Shown: positions 7,520-17,100 of the stretch, piece by piece
Position numbering within the stretch: the stretch's first letter is position 1
Layout: each line of letters starts with the position of its first letter
Virus record (IMG/VR): IMGVR_UViG_3300042503_000400
Span: 1 to 54,835 of that record
Reading direction: 5' to 3' (one strand)
DNA length: 54,835 bases
Source of the DNA: a virus
Lineage: Duplodnaviria; Caudoviricetes
Translations under genes and position numbers: made by a program
Notes under the pieces: model-generated
Told to the model about the DNA's origin: nothing
Seen by the model: only the letters and a program-made list of their open reading frames with translations
Databases searched by the model: none

Positions 7520-9020
7520 CCCGCACCGGGTCCTAGAGTGCATACCCAAGGCGCGACAACTGCCGTCCGATCCACGCATCGTCGTGGTGCCCCACCGGGT
7601 GAAGGAGATGCAGCGTCTCAAGGAACTGGGGTTCAACCCGCCGTCACCCATTGCCTACCAGTACGACTGGCCCGGGCGCTTCACGCCATACGAGCACCAG
7701 AAGTCCACGGCTGAGTTCCTTACATTGCACAAGCGCTGCCTTGTGCTGAACTCGATCGGCACAGGCAAGACTGTCAGCGCCCTGTGGGCTGCCGACTACC
7801 TGATGAACATGGGCCTCATCAAGAAGGTGCTGATCCTGTCGCCCCTGTCCACCCTTGAGCGGGTGTGGGGTGACGCTGTGTTCAAGGAGTTGTACCACCG
7901 CAAGTCGGTGACCCTCTATGGTGACGCCAAGCGCAGGCTCAAGCTGCTCAAGACCGAGGCGGACTTCTACATCATCAACCACGACGGCTTCCCCATCATC
8001 GCCAAGGAAGCACTGGACATGTTCGACCTCGTCATCATCGACGAGGCGGCGGTCTACCGGAACCCATCGACCCGGCGCTTCAAGCAGTTCTATCGCTGGC
8101 TGCAGGTGCAGCCGAAGATGAACCTGTGGCTGATGACGGGCACACCCACCCCGAACGAGCCCACCGATGCGTGGGCGCTGGCCAAGCTGGTCGACAGCCC
8201 GCACATGAGCAAGAGCTACACCGGGTTCCGCGAGCAGGTCATGATGAAGATGGGCCAGTGGAAGTTCATCCCCCGCCCGGACAGCGTGGACATTGTGAAG
8301 CACGTGCTCCAGCCATCCATCCGCTTCACCCGGGAGGAGTGTCTCGACCTGCCGGACACCATCACGCAGACCCGCAAGGTGTCGCTGACCCCCGAGCAGG
8401 CCAAGCACTTCAAGCAGATGGTCAAACAGCTGGTCACCGAGGTGGCAGGCGGCACGATCACTGCCGTCAACGAGGCGGTCAAGGCGCAGAAGCTGATCCA
8501 GATCGCACTGGGTGTAGCTTACGGGGAGAATGGAGAGCTGCTCGAACTGGACTGTGGTCCACGGATCAGCGCCGTGAAGGAAGTCATCGAGGAAGCAGGC
8601 GAGAAGGTCATCCTGTTTGTTCCCCTGACGGGAACTCTGCGCATGCTGGAGCGCGAACTGTCCAAGGACTGGACGGTGGGCGTGGTCAACGGCGAGGTGT
8701 CATCCGCCAAGCGCAACGACATCTTCCACAACTTCCAGAACGCGCGTGACCCTCGTATACTTATTGCGCATCCTGCGACAATGGCGCATGGATTGACCTT
8801 GACAGCGGCGTCAACCGTTGTATGGTATGGTCCGATCACTAGTAATGAACAGTATGTTCAAGCTAACGGTCGTGTCGAACGTATCGGCAAGAAGCATGTG
8901 TCGAACGTCGTACACATTGAAGCAACTGAGGTGGAGCATCGCATCTATGAACGCCTGCAGAATAAGCAGAAGTTACAGGGTGTGCTGCTAGACCTGATAG
9001 CCCAGATGGGAAAGGAATAA
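7473..9020 (+). CDS. SNF2-family (SF2) helicase
   Basis: PYEHQ, IGTGKT (Walker A), IIDEA (Walker B), MTGTPTPN, HGLTLT, QANGRVERIG motifs. Confidence 0.92.
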   Translation: MLVVESARAVALKLSDPHRVLECIPKARQLPSDPRIVVVPHRVKEMQRLKELGFNPPSPIAYQYDWPGRFTPYEHQKSTAEFLTLHKRCLVLNSIGTGKTVSALWAADYLMNMGLIKKVLILSPLSTLERVWGDAVFKELYHRKSVTLYGDAKRRLKLLKTEADFYIINHDGFPIIAKEALDMFDLVIIDEAAVYRNPSTRRFKQFYRWLQVQPKMNLWLMTGTPTPNEPTDAWALAKLVDSPHMSKSYTGFREQVMMKMGQWKFIPRPDSVDIVKHVLQPSIRFTREECLDLPDTITQTRKVSLTPEQAKHFKQMVKQLVTEVAGGTITAVNEAVKAQKLIQIALGVAYGENGELLELDCGPRISAVKEVIEEAGEKVILFVPLTGTLRMLERELSKDWTVGVVNGEVSSAKRNDIFHNFQNARDPRILIAHPATMAHGLTLTAASTVVWYGPITSNEQYVQANGRVERIGKKHVSNVVHIEATEVEHRIYERLQNKQKLQGVLLDLIAQMGKE

Positions 9021-9021
9021 C

Positions 9022-9249
9022 ATGTCGTTTAGCATTGAGAAGGACGTCCCGCTGCCGGAGAAGAACGTGCGCTGGAAGTATCCGTTCGACCAGATGGAAG
9101 TTGGCGACAGCTTCTTCGTCGTGAACAAGGACACCACGCAGATGTCTGCGCTGTGCAAGCGGGCGGGCAAGCGGCTCGAAGCACGGTTCGTCACCGCCAA
9201 GTCGGAAAAGAATGGGGCGCAGGGCGTCCGGGTGTGGAGGATGGAATGA
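9022..9249 (+). CDS. Small conserved phage protein (KYPFxxMEVGDSFFV family), putative DNA-binding
   Basis: IEKDVPLP…KYPFDQMEVGDSFFV…GVRVWR; AAGGA RBS. Confidence 0.75.
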   Translation: MSFSIEKDVPLPEKNVRWKYPFDQMEVGDSFFVVNKDTTQMSALCKRAGKRLEARFVTAKSEKNGAQGVRVWRME

Positions 9250-9647
9250 GCTTTACAGTCGAGCAGGTGGTGGAGACTTACCTCAAACTGCGGAGGAAGA
9301 AGGAGGCAGTCGAGAACGAGACCAAGGATAAGGTCGCGGAACTCAAGGCCAAGATGACCAAGCTGGAGTCGTGGCTGATGCAGAAGGCAGACGACGAGGG
9401 TGTCACCTCGTTCAAGACTTCGGCGGGCACGGCCTTCGTGACCAGCACTGACTTCGCCAACGTCGCAGACTGGGATGCTGTGCTCACCTTCGTCAAGGAG
9501 CATGATGCGTTCGACATGCTGGAGAAGCGCGTGGCCAAGGCTGCGGTGCGGGCTCACATGGAGGAGACTGGCGACGTGCCACCGGGCATCACCTATGGTA
9601 CCAAGCTGGGCATCAACATCCGCAAGGCGTCAGGGGGTGACGAATGA
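9246..9647 (+). CDS. Conserved phage protein (coiled-coil N-terminus) of the replication/recombination module
   Basis: ATGA overlap, GGAGG RBS; DWDA…LEKRV…GDVPPG motifs typical of genes beside phage helicase/SSB. Confidence 0.75.
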   Translation: MSFTVEQVVETYLKLRRKKEAVENETKDKVAELKAKMTKLESWLMQKADDEGVTSFKTSAGTAFVTSTDFANVADWDAVLTFVKEHDAFDMLEKRVAKAAVRAHMEETGDVPPGITYGTKLGINIRKASGGDE

Positions 9648-9925
9648 GGTGGCTTCGCAGAATGGTGCGCCGCTGGCTGGAAGGTCCCACGGTGGAGGCG
9701 GTTGGTCGCGGCGGCAACGCAGAGAGCATGGCTCTCCACATGCTGAGCTCCGCGGATAACTCGGTGGCGCACGTCGTGACGCCGATCCGCAATGGCTTCC
9801 TTGTCAGCACCCGCGCCTACAACCCCAATGGTCCGGACAAAATCGACGCAGTCTACGCAGCAAGCGCAGACGAACTCGGGCCCCTGCTCGTCGCCGAGAT
9901 GGCGACGCGGCGTCTCACCAAGTAA
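9644..9925 (+). CDS. Hypothetical protein
   Basis: ATGA overlap; 93 aa. Confidence 0.65.
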   Translation: MRWLRRMVRRWLEGPTVEAVGRGGNAESMALHMLSSADNSVAHVVTPIRNGFLVSTRAYNPNGPDKIDAVYAASADELGPLLVAEMATRRLTK

Positions 9926-9942
9926 CGCTCAGAGAGGACAAC

Positions 9943-10941
9943 ATGAGCAACATCGTACCTTCCAACATCCAAATCCCGGCGCACCTCGCACGTGTGGTCG
10001 GTCAACCCTCTGCACTGTCGGCCGCTCTGGCCGGTGGTCTGGCAGGTGGCGCAGAGTACCCGCGCATCTCCATCAAGGGCAGCCGCTTCCGCATCATCGA
10101 GGGTGGTGCTGAGACTGTGCTTGAGGACACCAAGCTGTCGGTCGTGATCGTGGGTGCCAACCCGCGCCTGTCCAAGACGTTCTATGCCAAGCAGTGGACC
10201 CCGGACAGTGAGCCCTCGTCGCCTGACTGCTACTCGCTGGATGGCGTCCGCCCGCATGGTGAGAGCACCGACCCGCAGAACGACACCTGCGCTGGCTGCC
10301 CGATGAACGCATGGGGTTCCAAGATCACGCCGATGGGCCAGCAGATCAAAGCCTGCGCCGACCAGAAGCGTCTGGCTGTCGTGGCATCCAACGACCCCGA
10401 GGGTCCGGTGTACCTGCTGCAGATCACCCCGGCCGCGCTCAAGGGTCTGGGTTCCTACCAGAAGGAACTGCAGATGCGGGGCATCCCGGTCGAGGCAGTC
10501 AAGACCGTGGTCACCTTCGACACTGACGCCAGCTTCCCGAAGCTGATGTTCAAGTTCGGCGGCTTCCTTGACGAGGGTGAGTACGCTGCGGTCGAAGGGC
10601 TGTTCGGTTCGGACAAGGTGCTTGAGATCACTGGCGAGAAAGAAACCGCCGCTGAACCCAAGGGCGAAGCCAAGCCGAAGGCAGCTGCCAAGCCCGCCGC
10701 TGTCGCTGCCAAGCCGAAGCCTGCTCCGGTCGAGGAGGAAGAAGCCCCGGCACCCAAGCGTGGGTTCGGTGCGAAGGCAGCCGCTCCGGTCGAGGAGGAA
10801 GAAGCTCCGGCCCCCAAGCCGAAGCCTGCCGCCAAGGCCGCAGCACCCAAGGCCGCAGCACCCAAGGTGGAGAAGGCTGGTGCCAGCTCTCTCGCCGACG
10901 AGATCGCTGATCTGATGTCGGACATGGACGACGATGACTGA
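9943..10941 (+). CDS. Putative single-stranded DNA-binding protein
   Basis: RISIKG, PDCYSLDG…CAGCP…KAC core, Ala/Lys/Pro linker and acidic tail (DMDDDD); located in the replication module; GAGGA RBS. Confidence 0.65.
   Translation: MSNIVPSNIQIPAHLARVVGQPSALSAALAGGLAGGAEYPRISIKGSRFRIIEGGAETVLEDTKLSVVIVGANPRLSKTFYAKQWTPDSEPSSPDCYSLDGVRPHGESTDPQNDTCAGCPMNAWGSKITPMGQQIKACADQKRLAVVASNDPEGPVYLLQITPAALKGLGSYQKELQMRGIPVEAVKTVVTFDTDASFPKLMFKFGGFLDEGEYAAVEGLFGSDKVLEITGEKETAAEPKGEAKPKAAAKPAAVAAKPKPAPVEEEEAPAPKRGFGAKAAAPVEEEEAPAPKPKPAAKAAAPKAAAPKVEKAGASSLADEIADLMSDMDDDD
10723..10819 (+). repeat. 37-bp direct repeat x2 (APVEEEEAPAPK) in the SSB linker
   Basis: 10723-10759 vs 10783-10819, 35/37 identical, period 60. 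Confidence 0.85.
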
Positions 10942-11218
10942 GCAGAAGCGGATCACGTTCGAGAAGATCGACGCGCTCCGTAGGCACATGCTGCTCACGC
11001 ACACCCAGATGGCAAGGTTACTCGGGGTATCCCGGGTAACCTACTACAACTGGAAAAAAGAGGGCCACCCTGCCGAGCGCAACGCCACGAAAACGCGGGC
11101 TATCCTAAAGGACATGCTCCGTGTTATGACAGAACACGAGTGGCCGGCACCGGCCATCGTGGCAATGGATCAGGACGACAGACTGATTGCATTGCAGAAG
11201 TTGCTTCTCGTAAAATAA
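10934..11218 (+). CDS. XRE/Cro-like HTH transcriptional regulator
   Basis: LRRHMLLTHTQMARLLGVSRVTYYNW HTH signature. Confidence 0.85.
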   Translation: MTEQKRITFEKIDALRRHMLLTHTQMARLLGVSRVTYYNWKKEGHPAERNATKTRAILKDMLRVMTEHEWPAPAIVAMDQDDRLIALQKLLLVK

Positions 11219-11220
11219 AG

Positions 11221-11243
11221 GTGGGGGGTGTCGAGCCCCCCAC
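11221..11243 (+). terminator. GC-rich hairpin between HTH and primase genes
   Basis: GTGGGGGG-TGTCGAG-CCCCCCAC, 8-bp stem; no U-tract on +, so it may be a processing or pause hairpin. Confidence 0.4.
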
Positions 11244-11263
11244 ACACCGAGCAGGGTAGGGAC

Positions 11264-14131
11264 ATGGACACAGCAGAGTTCTTGGGCAGGGTGCTGCCCG
11301 GCGAAGGGTATTATGTAGCGACAGTTATCAACCCGGACAGACGTGCGCAGAAGTCTTACGAGACCATAGACGCGCTGTCCAACGCGGTCATCCGGATCGA
11401 CATTGCTGGTGGTAACGTGTACTACGCAATGTCCTCGTTCACCGAGGCGGGCAACCGCAAGCAGGTGAACGTCAAGCAGACCAAGGCCCTGTTCATCGAC
11501 ATCGACTGCGGTGAGGACAAGCCCTTCGCCGACCAGCGCGAGGGCGCCAAGGCCCTCAAGACATTCCTCAAAGCCAGTGGCCTGCCACCACCCATGATCG
11601 TCAACTCGGGCCGTGGTCTCCACGTGTACTGGCCGTTGACCGAGGCGCTTGCGCCCGCTGACTGGCAGCCTCTGGCTGATGCACTCAAGGAGTGCGCGAA
11701 GCAGCATGGCTTCGAGATCGACCCGGCGGTGACCGCGGACAGCGCCCGGGTGCTGCGCCCAGTGGGTACCCACAACCCCAAGAACGGGGCGGAAGTGGTG
11801 CTCATCAAGGACGCACCTGACAACGACCCCGATGATCTGCGCCAGCTCCTAGCAAACTACATGTACCGTGCCCCCACCAAGCGGGGCTTCGCTGCGCAGG
11901 CCAAGCCTGTGTCCAGCATCACGGGAGCACTTGCGTCCGGGCAGGAGTACGAGCCTGCTATCGCGGGCAACATCATCGAAGGCTGCGCACAGGTACGCTG
12001 GGCTGCCAACAACCAAGGGGATGTGGAGGAGCCGTTCTGGTACGCGCTGCTCGGCATCGCTGCCTTCTGTGACGACCCGGAAGGGACGGCCATCGCGTGG
12101 TCAGACCAGCACCCGGACTACGACTATAGTCGTACTGTCCTCAAGGTGGAGCAGTGGAGAGGCAAGGCCACGGGACCAACCACCTGCGCCAAGTTCAAGG
12201 ACCTGCGCTCGACGGGCTGCAACAAGTGTCCCTTTGCTGGCAAGATCACCTCCCCCTGTCAGATCGGCCGCAAGCTGACTGAGGCCGAGGGCCCGGCCGA
12301 GGATGCACTTGACGAAGTGGCACATGAAGTGCCCATGCCTGCGGGCTTCAAGCGTGTGGCCAAGGGTGGCATCGCCCAGACCATCGACGACACTGACATC
12401 ATGGTCGTACCGTTCGACCTGTACCCCGTGAGCTACGGCAAGGACGAAGCGCTGGGGTACGAGGTGGTCCGCTTCCACTGGAAGCGCCCGCACAAGGGCT
12501 GGCAGGAACTCAAGTTCAGGCAAGCCTACCTCGCCGACGGGAACCGCGAGTTCCCCACAGCCATCGCTGACCAAGGTATCGTGCTGCCCTTCAAGGGCAT
12601 AACCGAGAGGTTCCAATACATGCTCCGTTCCTACATGGATGAACTCCGCAAGCTCAAGACGACCACCAACCTCTACACCACGCTCGGGTGGAAGGAGGAG
12701 AACTCCCTGTTCGTGCTCGGCGACAAGCAAGTCCGCAAGGACGAGCAAGGCCAGACCGTGGTCGAGGATGTCGTGCTGTCCTCTGCGGTGCAGCGCATCG
12801 GCACTGGGATGTATGGCACCAAGGGTGACCACGAGAAGTGGATCAAGATCACCAAGCTCATGGAAGCTGCCGGGCTCAAGGCTCACATCTTCGCCATGGG
12901 CGTGTCCATGTCCGCGCCGCTCTACCAGTTCACCGGGCTCAAGGGTGCGGTGCTGTCGCTCTACGGGCCGACAGGTAGCGGCAAGTCGCTGGCTCAGCTG
13001 GCGATGCAGTCTGTCTGGGGCAACCCTGTCGAGCTGCACTTCCAGTCTAAGTACACACAGAACGCGCTGTTCACCCGCCTGTCGTTCCTGAACAACCTGC
13101 CCATGACGATCGACGAGACCACCATGATGCCCGACAAAGAGGTCGGCGACTTCATCTACGGTGTGACGCAGGGCCGGGACAAGAGCCGCCTCAATGCCCG
13201 GGTGGAGGAGCGTGATCCGCGGACGTGGGCTACGCCTGTGACCCTGTCAACCAACCGTCCGATGGGCGGCAAGCTGCTGGCTGGTAACTTCGAGACTGAC
13301 GCGCAGATGGCCCGGATGTTGGAGCTTTCGCTGGAGAGTTCGGACATCTTCACCAAGAGCACGGATGTGGGGCGCAAGTTCTACAACACCATCACCCGCA
13401 ACTACGGCCATGTCGGCCTGCTGATCCTCCAGTGGCTGGTGGACAAGGGCGAGGTCGCCATCGTCAAGATGATCGCCGACCACATGGTCGCCTTCGAGAA
13501 GAAGTACAAGGTTCGGTTCAGCGGCGAGGAGCGGTACTGGGAAGTCATGATCGTGCTGGCTGACCTGATGAACAAGGTCGCGGTAGAGAACGGCTGGGTG
13601 GACTACGACTACACCAAGGCCACTGAGTTCGCACTAGAGCAGGCAGGCATGATCCGCCGCAGCATCAGCGCCGCCAAGCTGGATGAGTTCGACTTGCTGG
13701 GCGAATACCTCAACGAGATGCGTGCTGCCACTGTCCTCGTCTCCCACATCGACGGCCACGACCTGCCGATCTACGACCCCAGCAGGCTGCCACGCGCAGA
13801 AGTCCGGGTGCGGTTCGACCTGTACCGCAAGGCCACCAATGCCAAGAACGATCGGGGCATCCTGCTTGTGGACCGCACCCACTTCCGTCAGTGGATGGCC
13901 AGCCGGGGCGGGGACTGGAAGAAGTTTAGCGACGTGCTCGTGTCGGAAAGCGTCGACGCCACGCCGTCATCCAAGAAGGCCATCCTCGGCCGGGGCATCC
14001 CAGAACTGCGGCTCCCTCAGACCTACGTGGTCGGCATCAACCTTGCCCACGACCGGCTCCATACTCTCTTGGAGAATGAGGATAACCGGCCGGAGAGCAT
14101 GACGCTGGGTCAGCTGCGGGCAATGCCCTAG
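11264..14131 (+). CDS. AEP/RepB-type primase fused to a DUF927 (Cch-like) helicase
   Basis: FIDID, NSGRGLHVYW and RVLRPVGTHN primase motifs; CAKF…CNKCP cysteines; GPTGSGKS Walker A and TIDE Walker B. Confidence 0.85.
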   Translation: MDTAEFLGRVLPGEGYYVATVINPDRRAQKSYETIDALSNAVIRIDIAGGNVYYAMSSFTEAGNRKQVNVKQTKALFIDIDCGEDKPFADQREGAKALKTFLKASGLPPPMIVNSGRGLHVYWPLTEALAPADWQPLADALKECAKQHGFEIDPAVTADSARVLRPVGTHNPKNGAEVVLIKDAPDNDPDDLRQLLANYMYRAPTKRGFAAQAKPVSSITGALASGQEYEPAIAGNIIEGCAQVRWAANNQGDVEEPFWYALLGIAAFCDDPEGTAIAWSDQHPDYDYSRTVLKVEQWRGKATGPTTCAKFKDLRSTGCNKCPFAGKITSPCQIGRKLTEAEGPAEDALDEVAHEVPMPAGFKRVAKGGIAQTIDDTDIMVVPFDLYPVSYGKDEALGYEVVRFHWKRPHKGWQELKFRQAYLADGNREFPTAIADQGIVLPFKGITERFQYMLRSYMDELRKLKTTTNLYTTLGWKEENSLFVLGDKQVRKDEQGQTVVEDVVLSSAVQRIGTGMYGTKGDHEKWIKITKLMEAAGLKAHIFAMGVSMSAPLYQFTGLKGAVLSLYGPTGSGKSLAQLAMQSVWGNPVELHFQSKYTQNALFTRLSFLNNLPMTIDETTMMPDKEVGDFIYGVTQGRDKSRLNARVEERDPRTWATPVTLSTNRPMGGKLLAGNFETDAQMARMLELSLESSDIFTKSTDVGRKFYNTITRNYGHVGLLILQWLVDKGEVAIVKMIADHMVAFEKKYKVRFSGEERYWEVMIVLADLMNKVAVENGWVDYDYTKATEFALEQAGMIRRSISAAKLDEFDLLGEYLNEMRAATVLVSHIDGHDLPIYDPSRLPRAEVRVRFDLYRKATNAKNDRGILLVDRTHFRQWMASRGGDWKKFSDVLVSESVDATPSSKKAILGRGIPELRLPQTYVVGINLAHDRLHTLLENEDNRPESMTLGQLRAMP

Positions 14132-17100
14132 TTCAGCGTCATCAAGTCGATTAGGTTCTGCAGATCACGCTCGGCAGCATTAGGCGCGGACCGCAAGGTC
14201 CGCTCCATAGCTGGACGATCTGCTTCTTTTAACGCACGCTGAGAGTTCTTGACGAAGTTCTTGATCTCCAGACCAGTGCCCTTGGACCCTGCGTTCCACG
14301 TGTCAACTTCCGCTTCGATCTCACGCGCCCGCGCCCGGTCGCCCTCCATCATGGCCTTGACCCATCCAGTCCTGTACGCCGTAGTTTGCTCACGCTGGTA
14401 GTCCGTGATGCGTTTGGCCATACCGATCATCTCGTACTGACGGGAAGCCGCGACTGGGTAGAACCCAAGCACCCGCGTCAGAACGACACCGGCACTCATC
14501 TCCGGCGACACAGTGTAACCGCGCCGATCAGTAATTGCACCGTTCTGCATGTAGACGTAGGCTTCACCAGCCGCACGCATCATGGTTACGGGGGACTCGC
14601 GCAGTACATCTTCAACATCCACCGTGGCGGTGAATGGGGCCGTGAGCGCCTGTTTGGCAAACGTACCTGTAGCACCAATCATGCCTGCAGCAGGACCGAG
14701 GATTTCCATGACAGACCGGAACGGGTCAGCCCCAGCTATGAGAGCGCCCGAGCCCGGCAGCAAATCCCCGAGTGAGGTCTTGGCGGCCACGTCTCCGGGT
14801 ACGAACTGGTTGACCAAGCCCTGCATAAGCAGCGGCGACATCCCCGGGAAGATGCTGTCCAACATCTGCGCTGCTTCGTAACGGGCGCCCTGCCATCCGG
14901 AGATTTTTAGGGTCTGCGCGATGGTGTCGATGACATCTTCAAGGTCTTCCGCGAAGGGCAGACCCGCCAGACCTGTCAGCATCCACAAGGACCCCAACAT
15001 AAAAATCTGTCCCTTGCGGTCCATGTTGGCCAGCAGCTGGACAGACGTGGTGACGAACACCTTGTACATGTAGGCAAAAGACTGGATGCCCGAGCGCCAT
15101 GCAGGCGGACGGTTAAGGACGGCGTAGTCACCAAGCGTAAGGTCCAGTGCTTGCAGCGAGAACTGTGTCGCTTGGTCGTGCGCCTCGGCTTCTGTCTTAC
15201 CGGCTGCCAGCTTGCGGGCGTATTCAAGCCGATAGGCTGTAAGACCTGCAGTCTGGCGCGACGCGCGTTCAAACGAGTTGAACGTCCACATCCATACGTC
15301 GATGGCTTTCTGGGTAGCCCCGCGAGTTACCCGCCCGCGGGATGTACCGATGAGCGAGTTGGTCTGGGCGGGCGTTAGCTTGCCGTCAAGGATACCTTCC
15401 TTGAGGAACTGTGCTTCTCTGGCCGACAGACCAAACTGTTTCTGGAGTTTGTCACTGGCTTCCACCTCAGCAAAAAACTCAGCGGTATCGAACCGACTGT
15501 CAACAATACTGCGCCCACCTACCTGCACAGCAGCACGAACCATCTCCTTGTGGACGTTACCGAGACCGAAGCCCCCACCGAAAGCGGTTTTGCTGTTGTA
15601 TGAAGCGAGATAGGGGACGACGTTGGTCTCCAGCGCTACGAAGTTCATAGCCCCCGTTGCAACAGAGCCGCCCAGCTGGACCATAGAAGTAATTGCCCGC
15701 AAGGCGGACACCCAAGGCTTCGCCCCGAAGTCGGATTCGTCAACGCTTCTGTTGCCCTCGACAAACTCCATCGTCTTAGCGGCTTCGCCGTAGAACTGGT
15801 TGGCGCGGTTGGCGGGACCGCCACGGGTCTGCTGTACCATGTGGGCGTAGGCTTCATAGATACGGCGTGCGTCCACCTTGGCCTCACGGGAGACCGTGGG
15901 GTCTGCGTCCATAGCATCGGCGCGTTCTTTCAGAACCTCCGCCCAGTCGCGCCCGGTGCGCGGGTCCTTGAGCTCCGCGTTCCACAGTTCATTCGTGGAC
16001 CTCATGCTGCGGTCCATAAGCTCTGACCTACGCACACGCGTGGCGATCTTGGCCACAGTAGATGCGCGACCTTCAATGTGACGAGATGCAGCCATGATCG
16101 CGTCCGGGTCGGCGCCGGGGGTAAACGCCCGCATCAGGCGGTTACGAGCTGAGCTGTTCTGCCGAGTGAGCGCGACGACCAACTGTTCCAATTTTTGCGG
16201 CGACAGGTTGATGTCAAACTGCCGGATGCCGCGAAGGAACTCGTTAAGGTTGAGGTCCGGCGGCGCAGCTACGGTTTCCAGCGCGGTTTCAGGCACAGCC
16301 TGTAGCGTTACATTGCCGAGCACGTAGCCTTGTGCGGCGTCGCTGTAGTACATCACCTCGAACGGGGTGTTACCAAAGGCTTCGTTGGCCTTGCCCGACA
16401 TCTCCACAGCTTCCGACAACGAGTCAAACTGGGAGTAGACCAGTTGCTCCCGGTAGGAGTCCTTGACCTGCACCGGCTTGCCACCGACTAGGGCTACGAC
16501 ACGCATCTGGAACCGCCCCTCCCGAAGGATAGGAACGTACCCGGTGAACAGCGTGCGCTTGGTGTAAGCGTCCGCGTCTTGGTTGGCGATCTCGGCGGTG
16601 ATGATTTGCTTCACCTTGTCCTGCACCGCGAACTTGTCACCCTTGAGGGATAGGCGCTGCCGGAAGCCCTTGAGCTTGGCAATTAGATCGTCTGCGATCT
16701 GGGCTTCCATGGCAGCAGGTAGAGTTCTGTCTACTTCGCTGCCTGCCTCGCCCTTGATGAACACACGCGGCTCTACGAGCAGCTTGCGCAGTGCATCGAA
16801 ACGATCTGTCGACTCCCCAATGAGCGCCATGTTTGTCTGGCGCAGCACATCGTTGGCGTAGGTCTGATAGTCGGGGTCGAGCCTAGCGCCGCCGGACTCG
16901 CTCACGGTGACGTCTGTGGTGTACAAGTTACTGTACGTTTCGGCCACCGTTACGAGCGCTGCCCGCTCATCCGCAGTTAGCTCTCCATCCGTGACAGACT
17001 GCGCCAGTTTGCGGAACATAAGATCGCGGTTGTCGATCAGGCTCTGGTAGTGCGCCTCCAAAAGTTCAAGCTCAATACCGTCCATGGCTTTACGGACGGA

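Noticed and set aside
7071-13570. Other CTGATGA heptamers as hammerhead cores
   Set aside because: They lie inside conserved coding sequence, and I saw no matching GAAA and stem architecture around them.
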